Of a DNA stretch of 21,426 nt, positions 1 to 7,627 are shown piece after piece. The stretch is from the IMG/VR virus record IMGVR_UViG_3300013121_000012, positions 1 through 21,426 of that record; one strand, 5' to 3'. Every line of letters starts with the position of its first letter. Positions within the stretch are counted from its first letter, which is position 1. This DNA comes from a virus. Lineage: Duplodnaviria; Heunggongvirae; Uroviricota; Caudoviricetes. The position numbers and the translations under genes are program-made. A model generated the notes under the pieces. That model saw only the letters and a list, made by a program, of their open reading frames with translations, had not been told where the DNA came from and searched no databases.

Positions 1-1
1 C

Positions 2-541
2 GAGATCGTCATTACGAACTCACACGACGGTCGCAACGCCTTCCGTGCTCACATGGGAATCTTCCGCATGGTTTGCGCAAACGGTCTGATCGCTGCTGAT
101 CCACGTACTGAAGAATCTCTCCGTGTAACTCACAAGGGATATTCTAAAGACATGATCACAAAGATGATCGCCGACCTCGTTGCGCACTTCACAGACAAGG
201 TAAACGAAATCAAAACATTCAAAACTCTAATCATGAAGCCCGAACAAATGGTCAACTTCGCCGAAGAAGCGATTGGTATCCGTTGGCGTTATGAGTACGA
301 TCGTCCACAAGGCCTCACGCCGGAACTCGTACTTCAAACTCGCCGTTCTGAAGATCATGCTAAGGACCTTTGGACAGTCTACAACGTCATCGAGGAAAAC
401 CTCATGAAGGGTGGAATTCAAGCGGTCAATGAGAATGGCCGAGTTATCTCAACTCGCCCAATGAAAAACGTCCGCGAGCAAGTTCGCATTGAGAAATCCC
501 TTTGGGAACTCATGAGCAAACAAGCTGAAGTGTTGGCTTAA
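2..541 (+). CDS. DUF932/DUF945-family protein, 5'-truncated by the window edge
   Basis: The frame is open from base 2 (EIVITNSHDGRNAFRAHMGIFRMVCANGL). NSHDG...G.FR.VC.NGL and the later DLWTVYNVIEENLMKGG are hallmark motifs of the family. The ATG at 53 is internal. Confidence 0.85.
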   Translation, partial: EIVITNSHDGRNAFRAHMGIFRMVCANGLIAADPRTEESLRVTHKGYSKDMITKMIADLVAHFTDKVNEIKTFKTLIMKPEQMVNFAEEAIGIRWRYEYDRPQGLTPELVLQTRRSEDHAKDLWTVYNVIEENLMKGGIQAVNENGRVISTRPMKNVREQVRIEKSLWELMSKQAEVLA

Positions 542-555
542 TTCGTTAAGCGTTT

Positions 556-925
556 CTTGGAACATAAAACCAAGTGGTGCCTCAGTTATCTGGGCAATAA
601 ACCAATGGAGGTCCCGCGCGCGGGATCGATGAAGTTGGCTGTTTCTAGATCAGAAAAGCTAGATGGCATTTGCTCGTTATGACAAACGAGAGTCGACAAG
701 TGGTCTTTGCAAATCTGCTCCACTATAATCTTAGTATTTGCACGCCTCGAGCAGCGAGATTGTTGAGTTGTCCGCAAGACACACATTTGTACGAGTAGTT
801 GAAACGTAATTTTTAAGACGGATGGAAACATCCGTCGAACGTAATTTTTCTTACCTCCTTTCATAAGTAAAGAAAAGTTTAACACCCCACGCCCCCGGAG
901 TTTTTCGGTTCTCCTAAAAAAACCG
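556..925 (+). ncRNA. Putative large structured non-coding RNA or structured leader, family unassigned
   Basis: 412-nt gap between genes, packed with stems (556-560/570-574, 610-616/621-627, 634-640/691-697, 644-648/659-663, 673-678/685-690, 699-703/720-724, 817-824/829-836 with a GAAA loop, 846-854/867-876) and two possible pseudoknots. G-U pairs and the GNRA loop favour the + strand. Confidence 0.5.
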
Positions 926-953
926 TTCATACTACTATTTACAAGGAAGTAAA

Positions 954-3623
954 ATGGAATTAGCCAAAACAGGTGAAAATCAAGTCGTCGCTTCAGAAGA
1001 CTTTGAAAAGATGGAATTTGGTATTTCACAAGAAAATATCGGTCTCATTCTCGAAACACTCCGGTCAAAAATGTACTCGAATCCTATCGCTGCGATTTGC
1101 CGCGAGATTGCAAGTAACTGCCGTGACTCACATCGTGAAGCCGGAAAGCCTAACGAACCAATCGAAATCCGTATCTCTGATGGTGATGTCTTTATGGGCG
1201 TTGCCGAAGATGTCCATGCCACAATCAACTTCATTGACTATGGTATTGGAATTTCTCCAGAACGGATCAAGAATATTTACTTGCTCTTCGGTGCAAGTAC
1301 GAAACGTTCAGACAATTCTCAAACAGGTGGATTCGGATACGGTGCAAAAACACCATTCGCTTATTCCGACTCATTCGCCGTAATCACAAACTACAACGGA
1401 AAAAAGTACACATACTTCTTCTCAATCGGTGAAAGCCGGCGAGGTGATGCGTATCTCATCTCTGAAATGGATACTACTGATCCAAATGGAACTACAGTCT
1501 CCATTCCTCTCAAGGATGAGGACCGTCAAAAGTTCGAGTACGAACTGATTCGCGCAACGTATTTCTGGGATGTTCTCCCTAATTTCACGGGGCGATTCAG
1601 CATGGAATTCAAAAGCCAAATTGACAACCGAGACAGTACAATCCTCTTCAAGAAAGAAAAATTCTTGATGGCAACAAATTCTTCTCCTCGTGCATTCCGT
1701 ACGTTTGCTTTCATCATTGATGGAATCTACTACGACTACACGAACACGAAGGAATTGGAACCATTCCGTCAACTTGTAGAATCAACGGCGCAAAACAAAA
1801 AAGTGTTTCTTGTTTTTAAGACCGGAGAAGTAACGATTTCAACAAACCGTGAATCTCTTTACTACGACAAGAAAACAATTGCTTTGATTCTGCGTAACTC
1901 TAAAGAGTACGCTTCTACAATCAAAAAGGAATACATCAAGTGCATCAAAGAGTACAAAGGAGTTTACTATAACTTTGCTTGCGCAGTATCCGATTATCGC
2001 AGAAGTGGATCCAGTACAAGCGCCAATGACCTTAAAACTAAGGATTTGCATAAATGCCTTCAAGGATTTGACCGCAAATTCGTAGAATCTTGCCGAAGAA
2101 AGTATTTCGATTTCTACTCTGGCAAAAAATACTCTGGTAGCAATACAGAACATAGTTTTCTCTCGGACATCGATAAATACATGCAGATTTATCGTTTCGG
2201 AAAGTTTGTCGCTGGTCAAAAGCGTGACCGAAGAGTCGCTGATAATCTTTCTTCCGTTATTGGTCGTTTCATGTCGGGTGAGTATCCATTGTATTCTCAC
2301 CAAAACTTTTTGGAACGAGATTCAATCAAGAAGAATCTGACTATCTTTAAGCAGTGGCCGAATGCCCGATATTATGCTATCATTCTGACTCCTAAATTGG
2401 ACAGAGGATTTTATGCTCCGGAGCTTCGTCGTCTTAAAGATGAAGTGGAAAAAATCAATAAGAAAATCAGTCTTCTTGATCCTAAGAGTAGAGATTTTGA
2501 TATTGAGAAACGAAGAATAATTGGCGAATTACATTACTATAAAGCGCAATTAAGAGAAGCGATACACAAAAGAAAAGTGCTCGCTCGTTTCTGGAGTGAA
2601 TTCCCAAAGATTTGCTCGAAGCCGATTCCAACTTACGACTCAATTCCTGAGACGAAGATTTCTAGGAAACCAAATTCGCTCACTAAAGACAGTTACAGAG
2701 CTGTTACGCAGACTGTGCGAGTGGATTATTCCGGTAAAAATCTTACTCGTGAACTGAAAATAAGTAATGATGCAGCATATTCTGAAGTAAAAGCGTCGGA
2801 ACTTCAGGATGCGATCATTGTTCAGACAGCGAGCAATAACGTATATCAGATCCAAACGGAAATCAGAAATTCGATGCCGTATGTTTCATATGTCTCTAAG
2901 CTTGCATTCTTGTTCTCGGAAATGTTTTTCAATCGGTCGAATAACAAGTATTATGTATCGATTGTTTATGCTAAGTCGACCGACTACGCTTTGATAAAGT
3001 CCAATGTCGCTCGGCGTGTATACAAACTCGAAGACTTTATTGCTGAAGCCAAGAAATGCTTCACTGAAGAAAAGATGAGACACATCATGAACCAATATCA
3101 TATGTTGTCTCATCTCAATAACACGAAACCTGGAGACTACCCTGATCTTCTCAAATTTGTGAAAACAGAAAGAAAGATCATTTGGCCAAAAGTGCTTCGT
3201 CAGTTGCGGTTTGAAGAAAGAACAGAAAAGATTCGCACAAAAGTTCTCGGTGGTTATGGAAATGATTTCAGACAGATAATTGTTTTCGATCCACAATACA
3301 TCAACAGCACAAGTCAAAGGGAAGTTTGTGGATATTTCACATATACGAAACTCGACAAATTGTTTGCGAGCAATGCGGGATTTAACGATCTCTTTAAGAG
3401 TTTCAAAGACATGCATGATAAACTTGCTATACGGAAAGTAAAGCAGCGAAAGAATCTCAAGGAAGTTTTTAGGAAACACTATGGTGTCTTCGTAACAGAC
3501 CTTATTGAGAATTACTATCGCCCTGCGAATTCGTACAATAAGGTAGAACATGCACGAGTCGGTATCTGTAAAATGATCCGAGAAATTGACAAAAAATATG
3601 AAGCGTTTTACAATAAAAAGTAA
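954..3623 (+). CDS. rIIA: rIIA-like protein (N-terminal GHKL/HATPase domain), 889 aa
   Basis: MYSNPIAAICREIASNCRDSH, DYGIGIS and STKRSDNSQTGGFGYGAKTPFAYSDSF are typical rIIA motifs. SD-like AAGGAAG at 943-949; followed directly by rIIB. Confidence 0.92.
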   Translation: MELAKTGENQVVASEDFEKMEFGISQENIGLILETLRSKMYSNPIAAICREIASNCRDSHREAGKPNEPIEIRISDGDVFMGVAEDVHATINFIDYGIGISPERIKNIYLLFGASTKRSDNSQTGGFGYGAKTPFAYSDSFAVITNYNGKKYTYFFSIGESRRGDAYLISEMDTTDPNGTTVSIPLKDEDRQKFEYELIRATYFWDVLPNFTGRFSMEFKSQIDNRDSTILFKKEKFLMATNSSPRAFRTFAFIIDGIYYDYTNTKELEPFRQLVESTAQNKKVFLVFKTGEVTISTNRESLYYDKKTIALILRNSKEYASTIKKEYIKCIKEYKGVYYNFACAVSDYRRSGSSTSANDLKTKDLHKCLQGFDRKFVESCRRKYFDFYSGKKYSGSNTEHSFLSDIDKYMQIYRFGKFVAGQKRDRRVADNLSSVIGRFMSGEYPLYSHQNFLERDSIKKNLTIFKQWPNARYYAIILTPKLDRGFYAPELRRLKDEVEKINKKISLLDPKSRDFDIEKRRIIGELHYYKAQLREAIHKRKVLARFWSEFPKICSKPIPTYDSIPETKISRKPNSLTKDSYRAVTQTVRVDYSGKNLTRELKISNDAAYSEVKASELQDAIIVQTASNNVYQIQTEIRNSMPYVSYVSKLAFLFSEMFFNRSNNKYYVSIVYAKSTDYALIKSNVARRVYKLEDFIAEAKKCFTEEKMRHIMNQYHMLSHLNNTKPGDYPDLLKFVKTERKIIWPKVLRQLRFEERTEKIRTKVLGGYGNDFRQIIVFDPQYINSTSQREVCGYFTYTKLDKLFASNAGFNDLFKSFKDMHDKLAIRKVKQRKNLKEVFRKHYGVFVTDLIENYYRPANSYNKVEHARVGICKMIREIDKKYEAFYNKK

Positions 3624-3641
3624 AATAAGGTAGGAGAAAGT

Positions 3642-4586
3642 ATGACAGAAAAACCAAAGTTTATCATCTCGACGACACAGATTGTCATTACTCGCAAGAA
3701 TCAAGCTCCAGTCTTTATCCAAAAGACTGACAGCCGTTTTGCGAAAGTGGTAGAGTGTCTGAAGAAAGAAGACTGGGAAAACCTCGATGTGATTCTCACT
3801 GGATCACTCAAGAACAAGATCCTTCAGTACGCTGATGGAAAAATTCGTGTAGACGAAAACGGTGACGTATTCATCGGTGAAGATAAGGAAGCAATTCCGG
3901 CGGTCATCGGTAAGAAAATCGTTGAATTCTACAAAGAAGGATTCCCAATCGATCCAATCGTAAGATTCTGGGTCAACTTACGGAAGAATCCGTCACACCG
4001 ATCTCAAACACAACTTTTCGGTTTCCTCGAAGCGAACCATATTCCTATCAAGGAAGATGGTACATTCTCTGCTTACAAGAAAGTCACTGTCGTTGATGGA
4101 GTCCTCATGGACTCATACTCACGCACAATTGACAACTCTGTCGGCAAGACTATCAAGATGAACCGTGCCGAAGTTGACGACGATCCAAACCGCACATGCT
4201 CGAAAGGGCTCCATGTTGCTGGCTGGGATTATGCACAAGGTTTCAGCGGGGACGTTCTCGTTGAAGTCGAAGTCAATCCGGAAAATGTTGTTGCTGTGCC
4301 AACTGACTACAACAACCAAAAGATGCGCGTCTGTGAATACACAGTCGTGAACGTCTGCCACGAGAAGATCGATGAGATTCTCCGTAACTCTAAAGCTGAA
4401 GCCGACAACCGCAAGGCAGTCGAAGCAGCAAAAGAAGTTGCAACAAAGAAAGCAGAAGAAAAAGTCAAGTCCTTTGCCGAAATGTCTCCGGAAGAAATTC
4501 TGGCATTCATCAAAGAAACAACTGGCCGCGACATCGAAGCGGAAGCACTGCAAGCGGAACTCCGCAAGAAGAACGTTCGCGTCTAG
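3642..4586 (+). CDS. rIIB: rIIB-like protein, 314 aa
   Basis: LFGFLE...PIKEDGTFSAYKKV, VDDDPNRTCSKGLHV and VEVNPENVVAVPTDYNNQKMRVCEYTVV match rIIB. AGGAGA SD; adjacent to rIIA. Confidence 0.92.
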   Translation: MTEKPKFIISTTQIVITRKNQAPVFIQKTDSRFAKVVECLKKEDWENLDVILTGSLKNKILQYADGKIRVDENGDVFIGEDKEAIPAVIGKKIVEFYKEGFPIDPIVRFWVNLRKNPSHRSQTQLFGFLEANHIPIKEDGTFSAYKKVTVVDGVLMDSYSRTIDNSVGKTIKMNRAEVDDDPNRTCSKGLHVAGWDYAQGFSGDVLVEVEVNPENVVAVPTDYNNQKMRVCEYTVVNVCHEKIDEILRNSKAEADNRKAVEAAKEVATKKAEEKVKSFAEMSPEEILAFIKETTGRDIEAEALQAELRKKNVRV

Positions 4587-4608
4587 TACGCGGACTCTTC
4601 CATTACAT

Positions 4609-4637
4609 AAAAGCGAGAGGAAGCTCTCGCTTTTTTT
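4609..4637 (+). terminator. Rho-independent terminator after rIIB
   Basis: AAAA-GCGAGAG-gaag-CTCTCGC-TTTTTTT. Confidence 0.9.
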
Positions 4638-4661
4638 ATGCTCTCGTAAATTATAATAAAT

Positions 4662-4904
4662 ATGAACTTCATCCCCGCTCCAGTCTCATTGTTTGCTCCG
4701 ACACCTAATGATAAAAATGTCTTTCTGCCAAGAAAGAAAATAATCGGGCAGAAAGTCTGGAATCGTGAAGGAGACTATTTTGTTATTCTGTCTATCGACT
4801 GGCAGAATGCATATATTGAAGTTCAAAACGTCCAAGATCTCACGAAACTAAAAATGACGTGGGAGTACTTCGATGAAATATGGATTAAGGATATATTGCA
4901 ATGA
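4662..4904 (+). CDS. Hypothetical protein, 80 aa
   Basis: Fills the gap after the terminator; TATAAT at 4652-4657 just upstream; ATGA overlap with the next gene. Confidence 0.7.
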   Translation: MNFIPAPVSLFAPTPNDKNVFLPRKKIIGQKVWNREGDYFVILSIDWQNAYIEVQNVQDLTKLKMTWEYFDEIWIKDILQ

Positions 4905-5089
4905 CTTTTGTAGACTATGAATGCAAACACTGTGGAAAAACAAAAAAGGACGTCAAATATGATTTCCTAAAAGACATAAAACCAGAAATCGAATGCGAGT
5001 GTGGAAAAACCATGGTTCGCGATTATGGAATGGTCGGTATGCACTTTAAAGGAACGGGTTTTTTCAATACTTCTTATAAAGGGAAGTAA
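4901..5089 (+). CDS. FmdB-family zinc-ribbon protein, 62 aa
   Basis: YECKHCG...CECG...MVR...FKGTGFFNTSY is the FmdB-type pattern. Confidence 0.85.
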   Translation: MTFVDYECKHCGKTKKDVKYDFLKDIKPEIECECGKTMVRDYGMVGMHFKGTGFFNTSYKGK

Positions 5090-5097
5090 TATAAATC

Positions 5098-5397
5098 ATG
5101 AAGCCAACATTCGAACCAGTACTCGAAGAATCCTTAAAAGATGTTTTTTCACAAACATCAGAGGCAATATCTGATAATATGCCAGAAGAAAACACCAATG
5201 AACTTAAAAAAGCAATTGGGAAAGCTCTGATGTCTCTTAAAAAAATAACTCCTGCTATGAAAGATTTTGCTGATTTTGCAGAACGAAAAGGCTTTTCTAC
5301 TGGAGAGGTTGTTGGTGAAATACGAAAGTATGGATCTGATCCGATAGCAAAGAAACTATTAGAAAAAGCGATAATCGCTATTAATGAAGAAGCATAA
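5098..5397 (+). CDS. Hypothetical protein, possible head-internal protein, 99 aa
   Basis: Tight gene packing; N-terminus MKPTFEPVLEES resembles a capsid-targeting leader; TAATATA-N4-ATG upstream. Confidence 0.7.
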   Translation: MKPTFEPVLEESLKDVFSQTSEAISDNMPEENTNELKKAIGKALMSLKKITPAMKDFADFAERKGFSTGEVVGEIRKYGSDPIAKKLLEKAIIAINEEA

Positions 5398-5399
5398 TA

Positions 5400-5732
5400 A
5401 TGAAACCAGAATATCAATCATATCTAGAAAACGCAGAACAAATCTCTGAAGCTTCTGTAGCTTCAATTGCAGAAGTTAAAAAAGCAGTTGAAGAATTCGT
5501 TAACAAAACTCTAATGATAGGAGAGGTTCCTGCGAGAAAAGTAAAAAGTGTAAAAAAGACATTGCCTCGTAAGCTTTCTCTTGATCTCTCAATCGTCGCT
5601 AATAAAGACGAAAAATTCACAGATAAACTTGCGGCGTCGATTCTTAAGAAAATCAAAAAAGAAAACTGGAATACTCTAGAAATCGGCTGGGATCCGGACA
5701 AAGAAGATTCAGCTTACATTAAGGCTACCTAA
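5400..5732 (+). CDS. Hypothetical Lys-rich protein, possible head-internal protein, 110 aa
   Basis: Starts just after the previous stop; N-terminus MKPEYQSYLENAEQISEA; followed by a terminator. Confidence 0.72.
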   Translation: MKPEYQSYLENAEQISEASVASIAEVKKAVEEFVNKTLMIGEVPARKVKSVKKTLPRKLSLDLSIVANKDEKFTDKLAASILKKIKKENWNTLEIGWDPDKEDSAYIKAT

Positions 5733-5771
5733 TAAAAGACTAACAAGTCCGCTATTATGTGACCATAACGG

Positions 5772-5795
5772 AGGGCGCCAAAAGCGCCCTTTTTT
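5772..5795 (+). terminator. Rho-independent terminator
   Basis: AGGGCGC-caaaa-GCGCCCT-TTTTT. Confidence 0.88.
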
Positions 5796-5821
5796 AGGCC
5801 CAAAAAATTCCCGAAGCGCCA

Positions 5822-5850
5822 TTTACAAGTTTTCACTTGAGTGTTATAAT
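5822..5850 (+). promoter_or_regulatory. sigma70-like (early) promoter with extended -10
   Basis: TTTACA (5822-5827), 17-nt spacer, TGn plus TATAAT (5845-5850); lies just after a terminator and upstream of the ATPase gene. Confidence 0.85.
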
Positions 5851-5923
5851 AAAGCACTTCCCGAAAAGCAGACGACAGTGTGAGAGCTGAGTCCGCTAAT
5901 CAAGAGTTCGGGTTTGGGGGATT

Positions 5924-6904
5924 ATGGCAAAAAACATGAAAGCGCTTAACGAGCTCCTCTCGAAAGAGAAAGGGTTCAAAGCTATCAAGCGCGACTATTC
6001 AAAAAGCGGCTTTGAGTACAACATCACTGTTGGAAAAGAGATTTTCACAATCGAATTTCGCAATCCAGTCGAACAGCTTTATGATGAAGCTAAAAGCCTC
6101 GGAATCAAAGGCCTTGTTGAAAAGTATCCAGTTGGATGCTTCTCAAAAAAGTCATCGGGTTCTGCGGAACTGACTGACGAGAACGATGAAGATCTGCTTC
6201 CTCCTGAGGAAGTCGACATCGTAAAGCAATTCCAAGCATTAACTTGCTTTGTTGAAATGCTCTTCGATCGTGCGAATCCAATTCAATCGATCGTTGTGTC
6301 TGGTCCTGGTGGAGTAGGCAAAACCTACGAAATCTTCGACGAGATGGAAAAGCGTGGTGTCGAATATACCCTCGTTAAGGGTTACTCTTCACCTCGTGCT
6401 CTGTTCAATACTCTTCGCGATCACTCAGAAGAAGTGGTTATCTTTGATGACTGCGACTCAATCTGGGAAGATGCTAACGCATTGAACATCCTCAAGTCTG
6501 CTCTCGAGACCAACCGTAAAGGTAAGCGTACCGTTACTTGGAACCTCGCTGAGGAAAACGAGGAATTCGAGTTCCACGGTAAAATCATCTTTGTGTCGAA
6601 CAAAGACTTCTACGCATCGCGTAGCAAAATGAAGCACATCATTGCGGTCCTTACCCGTGTGTTCTTCATCCAGTTCACATTCGACCAAGAACAAATGATG
6701 CGCCGCATCGAAATGGTGTCTGGCAACATTGAGAAAGATGCAGCAGTTCGCACTGCCGTCATCGACTATCTCAAAGCCAACGCTAAGCGTTCTAAGGTGT
6801 CGATTCGCATGTTCGAAAACCTCTGCAAAGTGTACAAATCACTTGGCAAAGTAAAGTTCGAGCTCTGCGGTACCGAACTTCTTCGAGCAGGAAGATTGGG
6901 ATAA
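5924..6904 (+). CDS. P-loop (AAA+-type) ATPase, 326 aa
   Basis: Walker A GPGGVGKT, Walker B VVIFDDCD, sensor-like IIFVSN. Confidence 0.88.
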   Translation: MAKNMKALNELLSKEKGFKAIKRDYSKSGFEYNITVGKEIFTIEFRNPVEQLYDEAKSLGIKGLVEKYPVGCFSKKSSGSAELTDENDEDLLPPEEVDIVKQFQALTCFVEMLFDRANPIQSIVVSGPGGVGKTYEIFDEMEKRGVEYTLVKGYSSPRALFNTLRDHSEEVVIFDDCDSIWEDANALNILKSALETNRKGKRTVTWNLAEENEEFEFHGKIIFVSNKDFYASRSKMKHIIAVLTRVFFIQFTFDQEQMMRRIEMVSGNIEKDAAVRTAVIDYLKANAKRSKVSIRMFENLCKVYKSLGKVKFELCGTELLRAGRLG

Positions 6905-6913
6905 GATCTTCTT

Positions 6914-6972
6914 TGCATAATCTATATTTAATTAGTTGGCTCCGGCCATCTAACCTAAATATAGATTATGCA
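6914..6972 (+). promoter_or_regulatory. Long hairpin sequestering the endonuclease start codon and containing a late-promoter-like TAAATA
   Basis: Perfect 17-bp inverted repeat TGCATAATCTATATTTA (6914-6930) / TAAATATAGATTATGCA (6956-6972), with inner stems TTAG/CTAA and TGGC-tccg-GCCA; ATG at 6968 is inside the right arm. Confidence 0.85.
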
Positions 6973-7627
6973 TATCTACAAAACAACGAATCTTATTAAT
7001 GGCATAATTTATGTAGGCCAAAACAAAAATAACAATAAATATTATCTCGGGAGTGGAGATAAAATTAGAGCAGCCATTAAAAAATATGGCAAAGAAAACT
7101 TTAAGAAGGAAATTCTTGAGGAATGCAAAAATTTAGAAACTCTTAATGAAAGAGAAATTTATTGGATCGATAAATTAAAAGCGACCGATAAGTCTATTGG
7201 TTATAATATCGATCCGGGTGGCTCAGATCCTCAAAGATTTGGAGATCTCAATGGAATGTTTGGAAGAAAACATTCCAGAGAAACCAAAGAAAAAATGAGG
7301 CAAAAAGCCATTGGTAGAAAGGCATCGAGAGAATCTCGAAAAAAAATGAGTGATTCTAGAAAAGGAAAGTCTGCATGGAACAAAGGAGTTCCTATAACTG
7401 AAGAAACACGAGCAAAGATTTCTGAGGCCTCTAAAAAACAAGTATGTTCTGATGAGACGAGAGAAAAACTAAGACTATCGTCTACGGGAAGGACTCACTC
7501 AGAGGAAACTCGTAATAAACTATCGGCAGTTGCTAAACAAAGAAAATACACTCACGAGGAGCGAGCGAAAATTTCTCGATCCGTCAGATTAGCTCGTCAA
7601 CAAAGATTCTGGAGCACTAAAAAATAG
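6968..7627 (+). CDS. Free-standing GIY-YIG homing endonuclease with NUMOD3 repeats (Seg-like), 219 aa
   Basis: HIYKTTNLINGIIYVGQ, YLGSG, YGKENFKKEILE, NEREIYWI, GYNI catalytic domain; repeated HS.ETR.K(M/I/L)S NUMOD3-type units; A-rich composition distinct from its neighbours. Confidence 0.93.
   Translation: MHIYKTTNLINGIIYVGQNKNNNKYYLGSGDKIRAAIKKYGKENFKKEILEECKNLETLNEREIYWIDKLKATDKSIGYNIDPGGSDPQRFGDLNGMFGRKHSRETKEKMRQKAIGRKASRESRKKMSDSRKGKSAWNKGVPITEETRAKISEASKKQVCSDETREKLRLSSTGRTHSEETRNKLSAVAKQRKYTHEERAKISRSVRLARQQRFWSTKK

Noticed and set aside
724..729. TATAAT as a sigma70 -10 element
   Set aside because: No convincing -35 at 16-18 nt spacing and no TGn extension; it lies within predicted RNA structure.
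803..849. Mini CRISPR array
   Set aside because: Only two 12-nt repeats with a self-complementary spacer, and no cas genes in the window.
542..953. tmRNA, RNase P RNA, group I intron, SAM-II, preQ1-I or HDV-like identity for the structured region
   Set aside because: The diagnostic sequences (acceptor and T arm, RNase P P4 motif, group I P7 motifs, SAM-II GCUAAA tail, preQ1-I loop, HDV P3/L3) were not found by eye.
586..1029. 147-aa minus-strand ORF across the structured intergenic region
   Set aside because: Overlaps the rIIA start on the opposite strand, runs against local gene orientation and has no recognisable motif. A shorter product from the internal MKGGKK cannot be fully excluded.
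2886..3722. 278-aa minus-strand ORF and the other antisense or alternate-frame ORFs in the track
   Set aside because: Shadow frames of well-supported + strand genes with no motifs of their own.
4584..4610. TAG read-through or stop-codon reassignment
   Set aside because: Long conserved genes are intact in the standard code, and the TAG stops (4586, 7627, 17362) sit at plausible gene ends.
4640..4647. GCTCTCGT repeated just after two terminators (4640 and 8651)
   Set aside because: Only two copies of an 8-mer, and one may be a local echo of the terminator stem; too little to call a motif.
7449..7490. Second hammerhead core (CTGATGA-GACGA...TCGTC) inside the endonuclease gene
   Set aside because: The putative stem II is not followed by GAAA, and stems I and III are absent.
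6968..7627. Intron-encoded endonuclease
   Set aside because: No split host gene and too little flanking sequence for a group I core.
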